A stretch of DNA of 29,983 bases from Octopus sinensis (Eukaryota), in assembly GCF_006345805.1 (NCBI RefSeq), contig NW_021832668.1:1-29983 (forward strand). Direction: 5' to 3'. Under the pieces are notes generated by a model. That model was not told the DNA's origin. It saw nothing but the letters and a program-made list of their open reading frames with translations, and did not search any database. The translations under genes were made by a program, and so were the position numbers. Shown in pieces: positions 1 to 9,743 of this stretch. Each line of letters opens with the position of its first letter. Position 1 is the first letter of the stretch.

Positions 1-40
1 AGAGGGTCGTTTATCGCTCACATATGTATGTGTGTGTATT

Positions 41-89
41 ACACACACACCACACACACACACACCACACACACACACACACACACACT

Positions 90-152
<63 letters not shown>

Positions 153-163
153 TATATATATAT
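41..163. repeat. (CA)n/(TA)n microsatellite
   Basis: Direct reading of dinucleotide runs. Confidence 0.95.
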
Positions 164-611
164 CACCAGTACTCAGAATTTAAGGGGCCGCAGTTAGATA
201 TCTGAAGAGCTATTTTTCGATGCATCTGCAATCAAGCCAATTCTTGCGATAATATATTTATCTAATACGTCGCGAAAAAAAACAACAACAAAAAAACTAG
301 TGTCTACTGCTATAAGGTTTCGGATGTTATGAACCGGATGTTGGCGATAATTGTGTCTGACAATATCTAAGTCAAGTGTCTAACTATAAAACACGTATAT
401 GTTAAGGTTTCTCCACATATATAATATAGTGATTTGAAAAGCTTCGTTGAAATGAGAATATTCAGGAAATTATTGGAAGAAATATCTCTATAAAGTAAGT
501 CATTCCGAAATCTATGAAATAAACAGTTTGTCAACACATATAGAAAATATAAATAATGTAAACTAGAAACGACCTTTACAAATAATAATGGGAAACACAA
601 ATAAATCCAGC

Positions 612-698
612 TATGTATGTATGTATGTATGTATGTATGTATGTATGTATGTATGTATGTATGTATGTATGTATGTATGTATGTATTGTATGTATGTA

Positions 699-733
<35 letters not shown>

Positions 734-953
734 ATGTATGTATGTATATATGTAAATCCTTATTCAGTTTTATTTCAATATTTCTTGCCAAAAGGGAAAT
801 AGCCAGTTTCTAACCTAAATCCAAGTCTATATATATATATATATATATATATTACTGTATTGTCAAAATGTTAGAAAATAAGGCACTTCCATGATACCCA
901 GGCGCATCACAAGAAAATAACGACCATTAGAATTTTAACATCAACAAGGTAAG

Positions 954-984
<31 letters not shown>

Positions 985-1175
985 GTCACTATTTAGTTTT
1001 ATTTCAATATTTCTTTCCAAAAGAGAAAAAGCCAGTTTCTAACCTAAAATCAAGGCTCCATCATTGGAATTTTAGCATCAACAAGGTATGTATGTATGTA
1101 TGTATGTATGTATGTATGTATGTATGTATGTACGTATGTATGTATGTATGTATGCATGCATGTATGTATGTGTGC
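612..1175. repeat. (TATG)n tracts alternating with a duplicated 75-105 bp module
   Basis: TATG tracts at about 612-750, 953-982 and 1086-1175. The module gttttatttcaatatttct..ccaaaag..aaa.agccagtttctaacctaaa occurs at about 752-826 and 981-1086. Confidence 0.85.
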
Positions 1176-1830
1176 ATGCGTGCAGATTTGAATGTTTTGT
1201 TTTATGTATATCTGCTCGTGCGTATACTTGCATATCTAGACATACTCATGAATACATAAATGATAAACTCCTGGAATGCTTTACAGATTTTACAGTTCCA
1301 TTGATGGTATGGCTCTGTAGGCTTTGAATCAGCTGTCTCCTTTCTGGTATGTATATAGATATGTATTTATTTATGTGCCTCTGTGTCTGTATATCTGTGA
1401 CTCGGTCCTCTCCTCCTTTACATATACATATACCTTTATCTGCATGCATACACACACATATATATACACTACGCACACACACATACACACACCCACATAT
1501 ATACATATATTCGCATAAAGTCTTATGAAAAACGCTCGAGTAAACTTGGAGGTAGTAACACCTACCGCTGCCAAAATAGTCGCGAGAGAACTTAGTCTTC
1601 CCTTTGTCAAGTGAGAAGACAAGTTATTGAATAATAGAAAGCCAAAGTTTCTACGTTCTTTTTCGTCTTCAACTGCGAACACCGAATCTGTCATTGAAGT
1701 TCCGATAAGAAGGTATTCGATCATGTATTACAAGAGTATGCCATACGCTGATGTGCATACAATTTGGGAAGCTGGAATTAAACAAAGCCACACGAAACGT
1801 TGTTGAATAATATATATATATATACCTCCA

Positions 1831-1887
<57 letters not shown>

Positions 1888-1989
1888 ATCAGCAACAATT
1901 TAGATTTAAATGAATAGGGTACTTAATTTAGATGCACCAGAATTTTGTATGGTGTTACCCATAAAAAAATATGCGGGGTGATTATAATA

Positions 1990-2098
1990 AAAAATAAGCA
2001 ACAAGAATGAATCCGGTAATTTAGTACAATTGTTTAGTACAATTGTAGTATGAAACAATTGTACTAAATTACCGGATTCATTCTTGTTGCTTATTTTT
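1990..2098. repeat. Perfect 46-bp inverted repeat with 17-bp spacer
   Basis: 1990-2035 is the exact reverse complement of 2053-2098. Confidence 0.95.
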
Positions 2099-2118
2099 GT
2101 GTATATATATATATATGC

Positions 2119-2219
<101 letters not shown>

Positions 2220-2441
2220 GTAGATGAGGGATATAATATCCGGGAAGATACCGAATTTCTCTGAGTAAAATGCTAAGGCTGGTTCCGTTTTTGGTAATCC
2301 TCTTTTAGTTCCCATCCGATCTTACAGTCTAATTCTTGGCTACTTAGAGTGTAAAGTACAATATTGAAAATAAGGATAATGAAGAGTTTAAACATTCATA
2401 CTTTATGTTTATTTCCACTTACTTTATTCATAATATTTTTT

Positions 2442-2516
2442 CGACACATGTTTCGATCGCAGTAACTGCTTATGTATATGCAACAATTTATGCATTCTTA
2501 GTACGATCTCTTCAGG
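2442..2516 (-). ncRNA. Hammerhead ribozyme-like motif (long helix II)
   Basis: Minus strand reads CUGAAGA-GAUCGUA...UGCGAUC-GAAAC-AUGU-GUC. The core is canonical, a 7-bp helix II abuts both core halves, and the triplet is GUC. Helix I is degenerate. Confidence 0.65.
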
Positions 2517-2834
2517 GCAAATATGTACGACATTGTTCGAAGATGAATTTGCCCTCGAGTATTAAGTTTGAATTAGGCTTCCTAGTATTGTAGTAGGAAA
2601 CCATGACTTTCTTCAATGAGAGTTTTTTTCTCAATTGATTGTATGGTAAGATTCCATAGCAGCAGCAATGCTTATAGAGGCTGACCAATATTCTTGCCTA
2701 GGCGGTGAGTAGTTATTAATAAAATATTTATGATTGATTCTACATACTTTAGAGTCACACAGCATTTTCATGGATTTCGTGAAGACTATTAATAGTAGTA
2801 GTGGATAATTACTAGGCAGTGAATACGACCTAGT

Positions 2835-3182
2835 GAAGGCGCATGGCTCAGTGGTTAGAGCGTCGAGCTTACGATTGTGAGGTTGTGAGCTCGAATCCCG
2901 GACCGGGCTGGGTGTTGTGTTCTTGAGCAAGGCACTTTATTTCACGTTGCTCCAGTTCACTCAGCTGTAGAAATGAGTTGCGACGTCACTGGTGCCAAGC
3001 TGTATCGACCTTTGTCTTTCCCTTGGATAACACTGGTGGCGTGGAGAGGGGGAGGCCGGTATGCATGGGCGACTGCTGGTCTTCCATAAACAACCTTGCC
3101 CGGACTTGTGTCTAGGAGGGTAACTTTCTAGGTGCAATCCCATGGTCATTCATGACCGAAGGGGGTCTTTACCCTTACCCTA
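2835..3182 (+). mobile_element. tRNA-derived SINE with CORE-like body
   Basis: A box TGGCTCAGTGGTTAG and B box-like GCTCGAATCCC. The body ttgagcaaggcacttt...cactcagctgtagaaatgagt resembles CORE-type domains. Tail TTACCCTTACCCTA. 13-bp TSD aatacgacctagt at 2822-2834 and 3183-3195. Confidence 0.9.
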
Positions 3183-3482
3183 AATACGACCTAGTTATTA
3201 AAAGAAATTGTCAGTTGTATTTTAAATTCTTCTATCTTATTATTTTAAAGAGTGTTTTAGGTTATATTATAAATAATCTTATGAATTGAATTCTATTTTT
3301 ATATCCTTTATATGCTTTCTTATTATTACAGTTATTATAGTTACGTTTAGAGAAAAAGTTTATTGAGATTATGCATGTATGTATATGTGTGTGTGTGTGT
3401 GTAAATATAAGTATACATATATGCTAATTACTACAAGAGCCTGATACGTACTAACAAGACATCACTGGAAGATTCGCAAGCA

Positions 3483-3870
3483 TTTACTCTTTTACTCTTT
3501 TACTTGTTTCAGTCATTTGATTGTGGTCATGCTGAAGCACCGCCTTTAGTCGAGCAAATCGACCTCAGGACTTATTCTTTGTAAGCCAAGTACTTATTCT
3601 ATCGGTATCTTTTGCCGAACCACTAATTTACATCAAACGATGTTGGGGGACAAAAACAGACACAGAAACACACACACACACACATATATATATACATATA
3701 TACGAAGGGCTTCTTTCAATTTCCGTCTACCAAATCTACTCACAAGGGTTTGGTCGGCCGGCCCGAGGCTATAGTAGAAGACACTTGCCCAAGTTGCCAC
3801 GCAGTGGGACTGAACCCGGAACCAGGTGGTTGGTGAGCAAGCTACTTAACACACAGCCACTCCTACGCCT
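3483..3870 (-). mobile_element. tRNA-derived SINE (abundant family with internal (TA/TG)n and (AAAGAGT)n-like tail)
   Basis: Minus strand starts aggcgtaggagtggctgtgtg...ggttcagtcccactgc and ends gaaacaagtaaaagagtaaaagag. Homologous copies at about 5409, 18050, 28428 and 29614. Confidence 0.9.
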
Positions 3871-4112
3871 TGCAAACAAGTAAATGTTAGTGTTGTGGAG
3901 GGATTATCAGAATTTTTAAAATTCTTTTCCAAATTCCTGGATTGTCAAAATGTTAGAAAATATGCCAATTCCATGATACCTAGGCGCATCTCAAGAAAAT
4001 AACAACCATAATATGACAGAAAGGTCATTGCGTCACCAAAAGTACCAGAACTGTATATTCTGGCTCACAAGAATATCTAAGATGACTGTGTAGTATGTCT
4101 TTATTTCATAGT

Positions 4113-4499
4113 GTGGAGGCGCAATGGCCCAGTGGTTAGGGCAGCGGACTCGCGGTCATAGGATCGCGGTTTCGATTCCCAGACCGGGCGTTGTGAGTGT
4201 TTATTGAGCGAAAACACCTAAAGCTCCTCGACGCTCCGGCAGGGGATGGTGGTGATCCCTGCTGTACTCTTTCACCACAACTTTCTCTCACTCTTACTTC
4301 CTGTTTCTGTTGTACCTGTATTTCAAAGGGCCGGCCTTGTCACTCTCTGCGTCACGCTGAATATCCCCGAGAACTACGTTAAGGTTACACGTGTCTGTGG
4401 AGTGCTCAGCCACTTACATGTTAATTTCACGAGCAGGCTGTTCCGTTGATTCGGATCAACCGGAACCCTCGTCGTCGTAACCGACGGAGTGCTTCCAAA
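4113..4499 (+). mobile_element. tRNA-derived SINE, full length
   Basis: A box TGGCCCAGTGGTTAG and B box-like GTTTCGATTCC. 11-bp TSD tatttcatagt at 4102-4112 and 4500-4510. Confidence 0.92.
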
Positions 4500-4824
4500 T
4501 ATTTCATAGTATACTTGGTATCTGGAGTAATAAAAGATACAATTCGGGGTTCTATATTGACTGTGTAAGAAGGGCCAAGCAAATTCGCTACTTTCTTTTC
4601 ACGGATCATTTAAAACTGATGCTAGAAATAGATCTCAGTTTATGAGTCCCTTCACTATTATCCGCCAGTTTAGCAAGGACATTAAGATTATTGAACTGAA
4701 GAATTGCAAAGAGGTGACAATAAAATGAGTTACACTTAGCTGAGCAAATAATTCTAATCCTATGGATGGGAAAGAATATGGTCGATTCATAATTCAGTTC
4801 TCTATATATACTTAGGGCATAGGT

Positions 4825-4875
4825 GTGTGTGTGTGTGTGGTGTGTGTGTGTGTAGTATGTATGTATGTATGTATG

Positions 4876-4906
<31 letters not shown>

Positions 4907-4918
4907 ACATAATATGTA

Positions 4919-4963
<45 letters not shown>

Positions 4964-5028
4964 GTATATATATATATATAATATATATATATATATATTA
5001 TATAATATATATTATATATATATATATC
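4825..5028. repeat. Compound (TG)/(TATG)/(TA) microsatellite
   Basis: Direct reading. Confidence 0.95.
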
Positions 5029-5408
5029 AACCTATGAATAAAAATGGGGACTTGATATTTTGCCAAAGTAAATACATTTTCAAACGTTATGCCACTAACA
5101 CGAATTATTCCTGTGTCCTAACTTATAGAACCGTAGCATATGGTTCTAGAAGCACTTAAATGGCACGCAAAATATCTGATTTCCAAGACTTACTCAAATG
5201 TCCCAAGCATTACACGATAGATTTAACACTGAATGGTTTCTTCTTCCCCGAGGATAAGGTGTCGAAGAAATATTGAACGTGAAGAAGTAATATGAGGAGG
5301 GGACAATCATAAATGTCGCCCACTAAATTCCTAACCCACGAGAAACAAACACATACTGTACTTTTACGTTCAAAGTTTTCCTATGAGAAATTTGATTAAA
5401 TTATGAAG

Positions 5409-5572
5409 AGGCCCAGGCTTAGCAGTGTGGTAAAAGGTCTGTTTACCAACCATAGCTCCGGGTTCAGTTCCACTGCGTGACAACTTAGGCAGGTGTCTTC
5501 TACTATATCCTCAGTATAACCAAAGTTATGTGAGTGGGTTCTATAGAAGAAACCGTTGTGTGTGTGTATATA
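5409..5572 (+). mobile_element. 5' half of the 3483-type SINE
   Basis: aggcccagg...gggttcagttccactgcgtgacaacttaggcaggtgtcttctactata matches the reverse complement of 3780-3870. Confidence 0.8.
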
Positions 5573-5937
5573 TCTATTATATAAAATCCGTTCTGTATGT
5601 CTGTGTGTTTGTCTTCTAGGACCTCGGGCATCCTTCATCCGATTGCGCTCAAATTTGATATGTAGATACCGACGGTATCAAGGCATGTATAAGTCTTGAA
5701 AAAATTACAAAAATCGATTCCAGGTGAGAATGTGATCTATAAAGCCGTGGGAATGTGCATTTGTACGCGCAAGTACATCAGTCGAAATCCGTCTTTTGCT
5801 GGTGTCTCAAATTTAGGTAAAAATGAGTGTTTCTCAAAGGGGAGGCCTATGGGACAGTCGGACAAGTTGTTTTGAGAAAATTTGGCTTAAATGTTTGGCA
5901 CCTCAGCACCGTCCATTGGACGACGGGGGGTTTGCTT
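5573..5937 (+). mobile_element. Probable non-autonomous Helitron-like element
   Basis: A|TCTATTATATAAAA start, then a (tgtc)-like tract and ccgattgcgctcaaatttg. A 3' hairpin cgtcc-att-ggacg lies near 5910-5922, but the CTAG end is degenerate, so the 3' boundary is uncertain. Confidence 0.5.
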
Positions 5938-6102
5938 TTACATATATATGTACACGGCGGTCTTCTTTCAGTTTCTATCTATAAAATCCACTCATATATA
6001 TATATAGTTAATCCAAACATGAACAAAGAGAAAACAACAACGCGAGGATGTGGAACAAGTACAGTGTTATTGGGCGCTTGGGAAAGGAAAGAAAAAAGGA
6101 GG

Positions 6103-6137
6103 ATTCTACGTTTCGAGCGGAGCTCTTCGTCAGAAAC
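6103..6137 (-). ncRNA. Minimal hammerhead ribozyme-like motif
   Basis: Minus strand reads GUUU-CUGACGA-A-GAGC-UCC-GCUC-GAAAC-GUA-GAAU. Helix III is the palindrome ACGU. Helix I is weak, with two G-U pairs. Confidence 0.65.
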
Positions 6138-6544
6138 ATAGAACAAGGAAAGGTCCAAGGAATGGAAGACGGTGAAAGAAAATCGCCAACGATACACACC
6201 TGGTCACATATTGAAATGACCGGAAGGAAATGGGTGAAGAAAAATTTCTTTCAAAGACAGGAGAGTGTAAGCGAAGGAAGTATATGTGTGTATGTGTGGG
6301 TATGTGCGTGCTCGCATGTCTGTGTGTGTGTGTATTATAATAGCACGTGTGTGTTTGTGTGTTGTTGTGGCTGTTTATCTATGGATTTTCTACACCTACA
6401 GAATATCGGCATTAGTCTGGAATCCGACAGTGGTTGATAGCCAAGAAATTGAGTTGAGTGCTGCACTGAAAATATTCTGCTTTATACCCCACTAGGACCT
6501 TATGTATATATAATCAAAATAAGCAACAAGACATCCAGAAGTAA

Positions 6545-6629
6545 TGCAGTACGATCGTTTCAAGCGACTCCATTTAATTGAAAATGCAACCATTACATCA
6601 ATGTAAATGCAGAGCAATCCTCAGCTGCA
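6545..6629 (-). ncRNA. Hammerhead-like motif with long, decayed helix II
   Basis: Minus strand reads UGCAG-CUGAGGA-(56 nt)-GAAAC-GAUC-GUA-CUGCA. Helix I is a perfect 5 bp and helix III is the palindrome ACGAUCGU. The base of helix II is mismatched. Confidence 0.5.
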
Positions 6630-6793
6630 CAAAGACATAGAATTTAATTCAATTAGATATACCCTCCAGCCCTCATCAGGTGTCTTGGATGAGATTTCAA
6701 ACCTGAGTTATTTTTTTATTACTTCCGAAGTGTTTTTGAAAGTTTTCCTGATTTTCCATATTCTCTCTTTCTTATTTCAAGAAATCAATTTAA

Positions 6794-6920
6794 CGCACTC
6801 ACCGGTAAAGTTTCCACTTATTTCTTTTTTATAGCTAAAACTATTGAAAAGGTTGCGAGATGCAACGGAAATTTTAGAAAAATAAATAAGAAATAAGTGG
6901 AAATTTTACCGGTGAGTGTG
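6794..6920. mobile_element. piggyBac-like MITE
   Basis: TTAA at 6790-6793 and 6921-6924. The inverted arms 6787-6826 and 6888-6927 (which include the flanks) differ at 2 positions. Central hairpin gttgc-gagat-gcaac. Confidence 0.75.
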
Positions 6921-7018
6921 TTAAATTATAAGGCACCAAAACAGAATGACTCTCCTCAGACACAATAGAATACATTATTTACATTTGACGGATATTTGTT
7001 CTTATCTTGTTTGTTGTT

Positions 7019-7064
7019 AACACAACGTTTCGGCTGATATGGCTTCCAGCCTTCATCAGGTGTC
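7019..7064 (-). ncRNA. Minimal hammerhead ribozyme motif (Penelope-type)
   Basis: Minus strand reads GACAC-CUGAUGA-A-GGCUG-GAAGCCAUAU-CAGCC-GAAAC-GUU-GUGUU. Helices I and II are 5 bp each, and helix III is the zero-loop palindrome AACGUU. Confidence 0.75.
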
Positions 7065-7198
7065 TTGGGGAAATTTCAAACCTGAGTTTAAAAAAAAAAA
7101 ATTTTTTACTTCCGAAGTATTTTTGAAAGTTTTCCTTATTTTCCGTATTCTCTCTTTCTTATTTCAAGAAATGAAAATTATCATTTATTTCTTAATAA

Positions 7199-7589
7199 TC
7201 TCTCTCTATATAAAGCTGAAGTTGTCTGTGTATGGCAGGTTTGGTAGCCTTCAACTAACACTCTCTCCTCCGAGACCCTGCGGCTCAAGTTGAGCAAACT
7301 TGAAAGTATGATAGAAGAAGGTTTGCTCTTCCTTGCGTAGAAGAAAAGATTCACATCGGACAATGTTAACACCAAGAATTATTTACATCAAAAAGGTGCT
7401 TTTTTTCTATGAAAATCCCTATTTTTACGATTTTTTGACTGCTGTGTCGTCATTTTTCGGTGTATTTCAACCAGGAAAATGTTCACTTAAAGAGAATAAC
7501 AAGTTACATAATGTAACATTTTTACTTTTCAAAAATTCCAATTCTAAAGGGTCGAAACAAGCCCGAGCAACGCCGGGCGATACTGCTAG
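7199..7589 (+). mobile_element. Non-autonomous Helitron (391 bp)
   Basis: Inserted as A|TC...CTAG|T with no TSD. The 5' end is tctctctctatataaag. The 3' hairpin gcccg-agcaacgc-cgggc (7561-7578) lies 7 nt before CTAG. Confidence 0.85.
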
Positions 7590-8105
7590 TAAGAAATAAA
7601 ATAAAAAATAATATAACAATTTGAATAACAATGATGATGATGACAACGACGACAACGACGATGACGATGATGATGGAGCTCATCGTCGCCGTCGTCGTCA
7701 ACATCATCGTGATCATCATGATAATGAGGATAATGATTATCTCCATCCATCTTTATCATAATCTCCTGCAACCCCCCACCTCCACTTCATTCTCATATTA
7801 TGTATTGTCATAAATATTGCATATGTACATTTATAGAGACACATAAAATACGTCTAAAATAATATTTGTCTACAAGTTTGCAGGTGCAGGTACGTGTACG
7901 TATATATACCTGAAAGTTGCTTAGTGTGTGGGTGCACGTATGTGTATGCGTGTATGCGTGTGTGTGTGGGGGGGGTGCGCGAGCTTGTGAATATACGTGT
8001 GTTGGCGCTAAGTCTGTGAGGGAGAGGATGTATAACAAACAACATGTTTCCGCTTTGAAGAATTAACACTATTATTGAGCGGCGGTATGTATGTATAAAT
8101 CCATG

Positions 8106-8157
<52 letters not shown>

Positions 8158-8775
8158 TATATACACAGACATACAGCACACATATATACATACATACATA
8201 TATAAACGAACATGCATATATATATATACAGATATATATATATATATATATCATATATAAATATATATATATATATTATATATATATGTATTGAGAGAGA
8301 GAGAGAGAGAGAGAGAGAGGGACAGACAGACAGAGAGTGTGTGTGAGAGAGAGAGAAATAGATACACTACCAAACACGCGCGTACTAAAGCATACACTGA
8401 ATCATGGAGCCATATTCAAGACACGCCATATTTAGACCAATCAATCACTCAGGCACAACACATTCTTTATATTTCGTCATCGAGAAGTGATTCTTTGTCG
8501 CCCATTCTTTTAATATCTATATATTAGCATACACGATTTCGAAACCCACATACAGAAAGGGCACATATACAAGCCCGTGCGCAAAATACCCTCATGCATA
8601 CGCATAAAGAGAAAGTGTGTTTTATTTCACTTTGAATTGCTTTCCTCAAGTGTAAAAGTATTCTGTATTAATGTGCAGCAGCTCAGAAGTATTTGGATTA
8701 TAGAGGCTAGTCTCATACTTAATAGTAGTTTATACATACATACATACATACATACATACATACATACATACATAC

Positions 8776-9324
8776 TGTGGCTGCCCCCTCGTTATCGAAT
8801 ATGGCCATTGCGCGAAGCTTAATCAATGTTGTTATCGTGCAATGCTTGTGCAAGAAGACTTGTTTTAAAGTGAGGAAAGGCTGTGCACTGAATCAATCCC
8901 ACTCAATAAGCAACAGCAGCCATAATCCGAAAAGAAGAACAAGTTAACATCATCGGTAACCACTGAGCCGCAGGTTCTATGTCGTAGTTATCCCAGTTAC
9001 CTGAGTTACCTTCTCCAAAAAGGATGCCCTAACAAAGGCTAGGAGTCCTTCACTCCCAACGTTTTAATCGCGCGATCGGGTATTCAGTCCGATTATTTCT
9101 ATGTCCCCGCGTATGATACATCCTTAAGATATTTATTGGATGGCCTTTGACTCTCAAGAGTTCCTCTGCCCTTTGACGGGTTTTGTTTTTCATCCCACAG
9201 GTTGTCCAATAGACACCCTCCTCACCAAGCAAGCTTGGTGGGGTTGCCGGTTTAGTCGCCGACGACCCGACCATGCAACAGGTTGTCCTGGGTTACATGT
9301 TGCCAGTAGCACTCGAAAGTGACC
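8776..9324 (-). mobile_element. Decayed RTE-like 5'UTR / non-autonomous element
   Basis: Higher-GC block bounded by microsatellites on both sides. Motifs ggcgactaaa, gaggagggtgtctattggacaacc and gagaaggtaactc resemble RTE 5'UTRs as remembered; no database check. Confidence 0.45.
9247..9324 (-). ncRNA. Decayed HDV-like ribozyme candidate
   Basis: Elements occur in HDV order: P1 ggtcac/atggtc, P2 ccagg/accgg, P3 aca/tgc, L3 acctgt, P1.1 gg, P4 tcg-tcgg-cga, J4/2 CUAA. Several pairs are broken. P1 starts exactly at the element edge. Confidence 0.35.
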
Positions 9325-9325
9325 T

Positions 9326-9616
9326 ACATATATATATACATATATATATATACACACACACGCACTAACACACACAGAACTCGATTTTTATAAGCGTCAT
9401 TTTTGCTTTCTTCATCCTCTACGAGTGTTCTGTGAGTATATAAATATATATGCATAAATACATACATATACACACACACGCACACACACACGCACACGCA
9501 TATATAATATATATATATGTGTGTTGTGTGTGTGTGTAAACATACACATACATATATGCATATATAGGTATATATATATATATATGTACATGCATGTATC
9601 TCTCTCTCTCTCTCTT

Positions 9617-9707
<91 letters not shown>

Positions 9708-9712
9708 CTCTG

Positions 9713-9742
<30 letters not shown>
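9326..9742. repeat. Compound (TA)/(CA)/(TC)/(TGTC)n microsatellite
   Basis: Direct reading. Confidence 0.9.

Positions 9743-9743
<1 letters not shown>

Larger units (their letters stand above)
6656..7172. repeat. About 130-bp direct repeat (6656-6785 and 7036-7172), Penelope pseudo-LTR-like
   Basis: tccagcc.tcatcaggtgtcttgg...tctctctttcttatttcaagaaat is present twice. Both copies carry the CUGAUGA hammerhead half on the minus strand. Confidence 0.85.

Noticed and set aside
576-1518. ORFs such as MYVCMYVC... and IHTYIHTY..., and equivalents throughout the window
   Set aside because: They are translations of (TATG)n, (TA)n and (CA)n tracts that lack stops by construction.
1748-1803. CTGATG...CGAAACGTT as a hammerhead
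   Set aside because: The core lacks A9, and neither helix I nor the base of helix II pairs.
2835-2910. tRNA genes at SINE heads (also 4113, 14803)
   Set aside because: A/B boxes are present, but each continues into a SINE body and tail bounded by TSDs, with no complete cloverleaf.
3168-3182. Telomere-like repeat (TTACCCTTACCCTA)
   Set aside because: Only two units, not TTAGGG, and it is the tail of a TSD-flanked SINE.
4511-4565. Possible exon whose acceptor was duplicated by the SINE TSD
   Set aside because: An AG and a GTAAGA exist, but two frames are equally open and nothing else supports it.
4696-4725. CTGAAGA followed by a small stem
   Set aside because: No GAAAC follows and there is no helix I.
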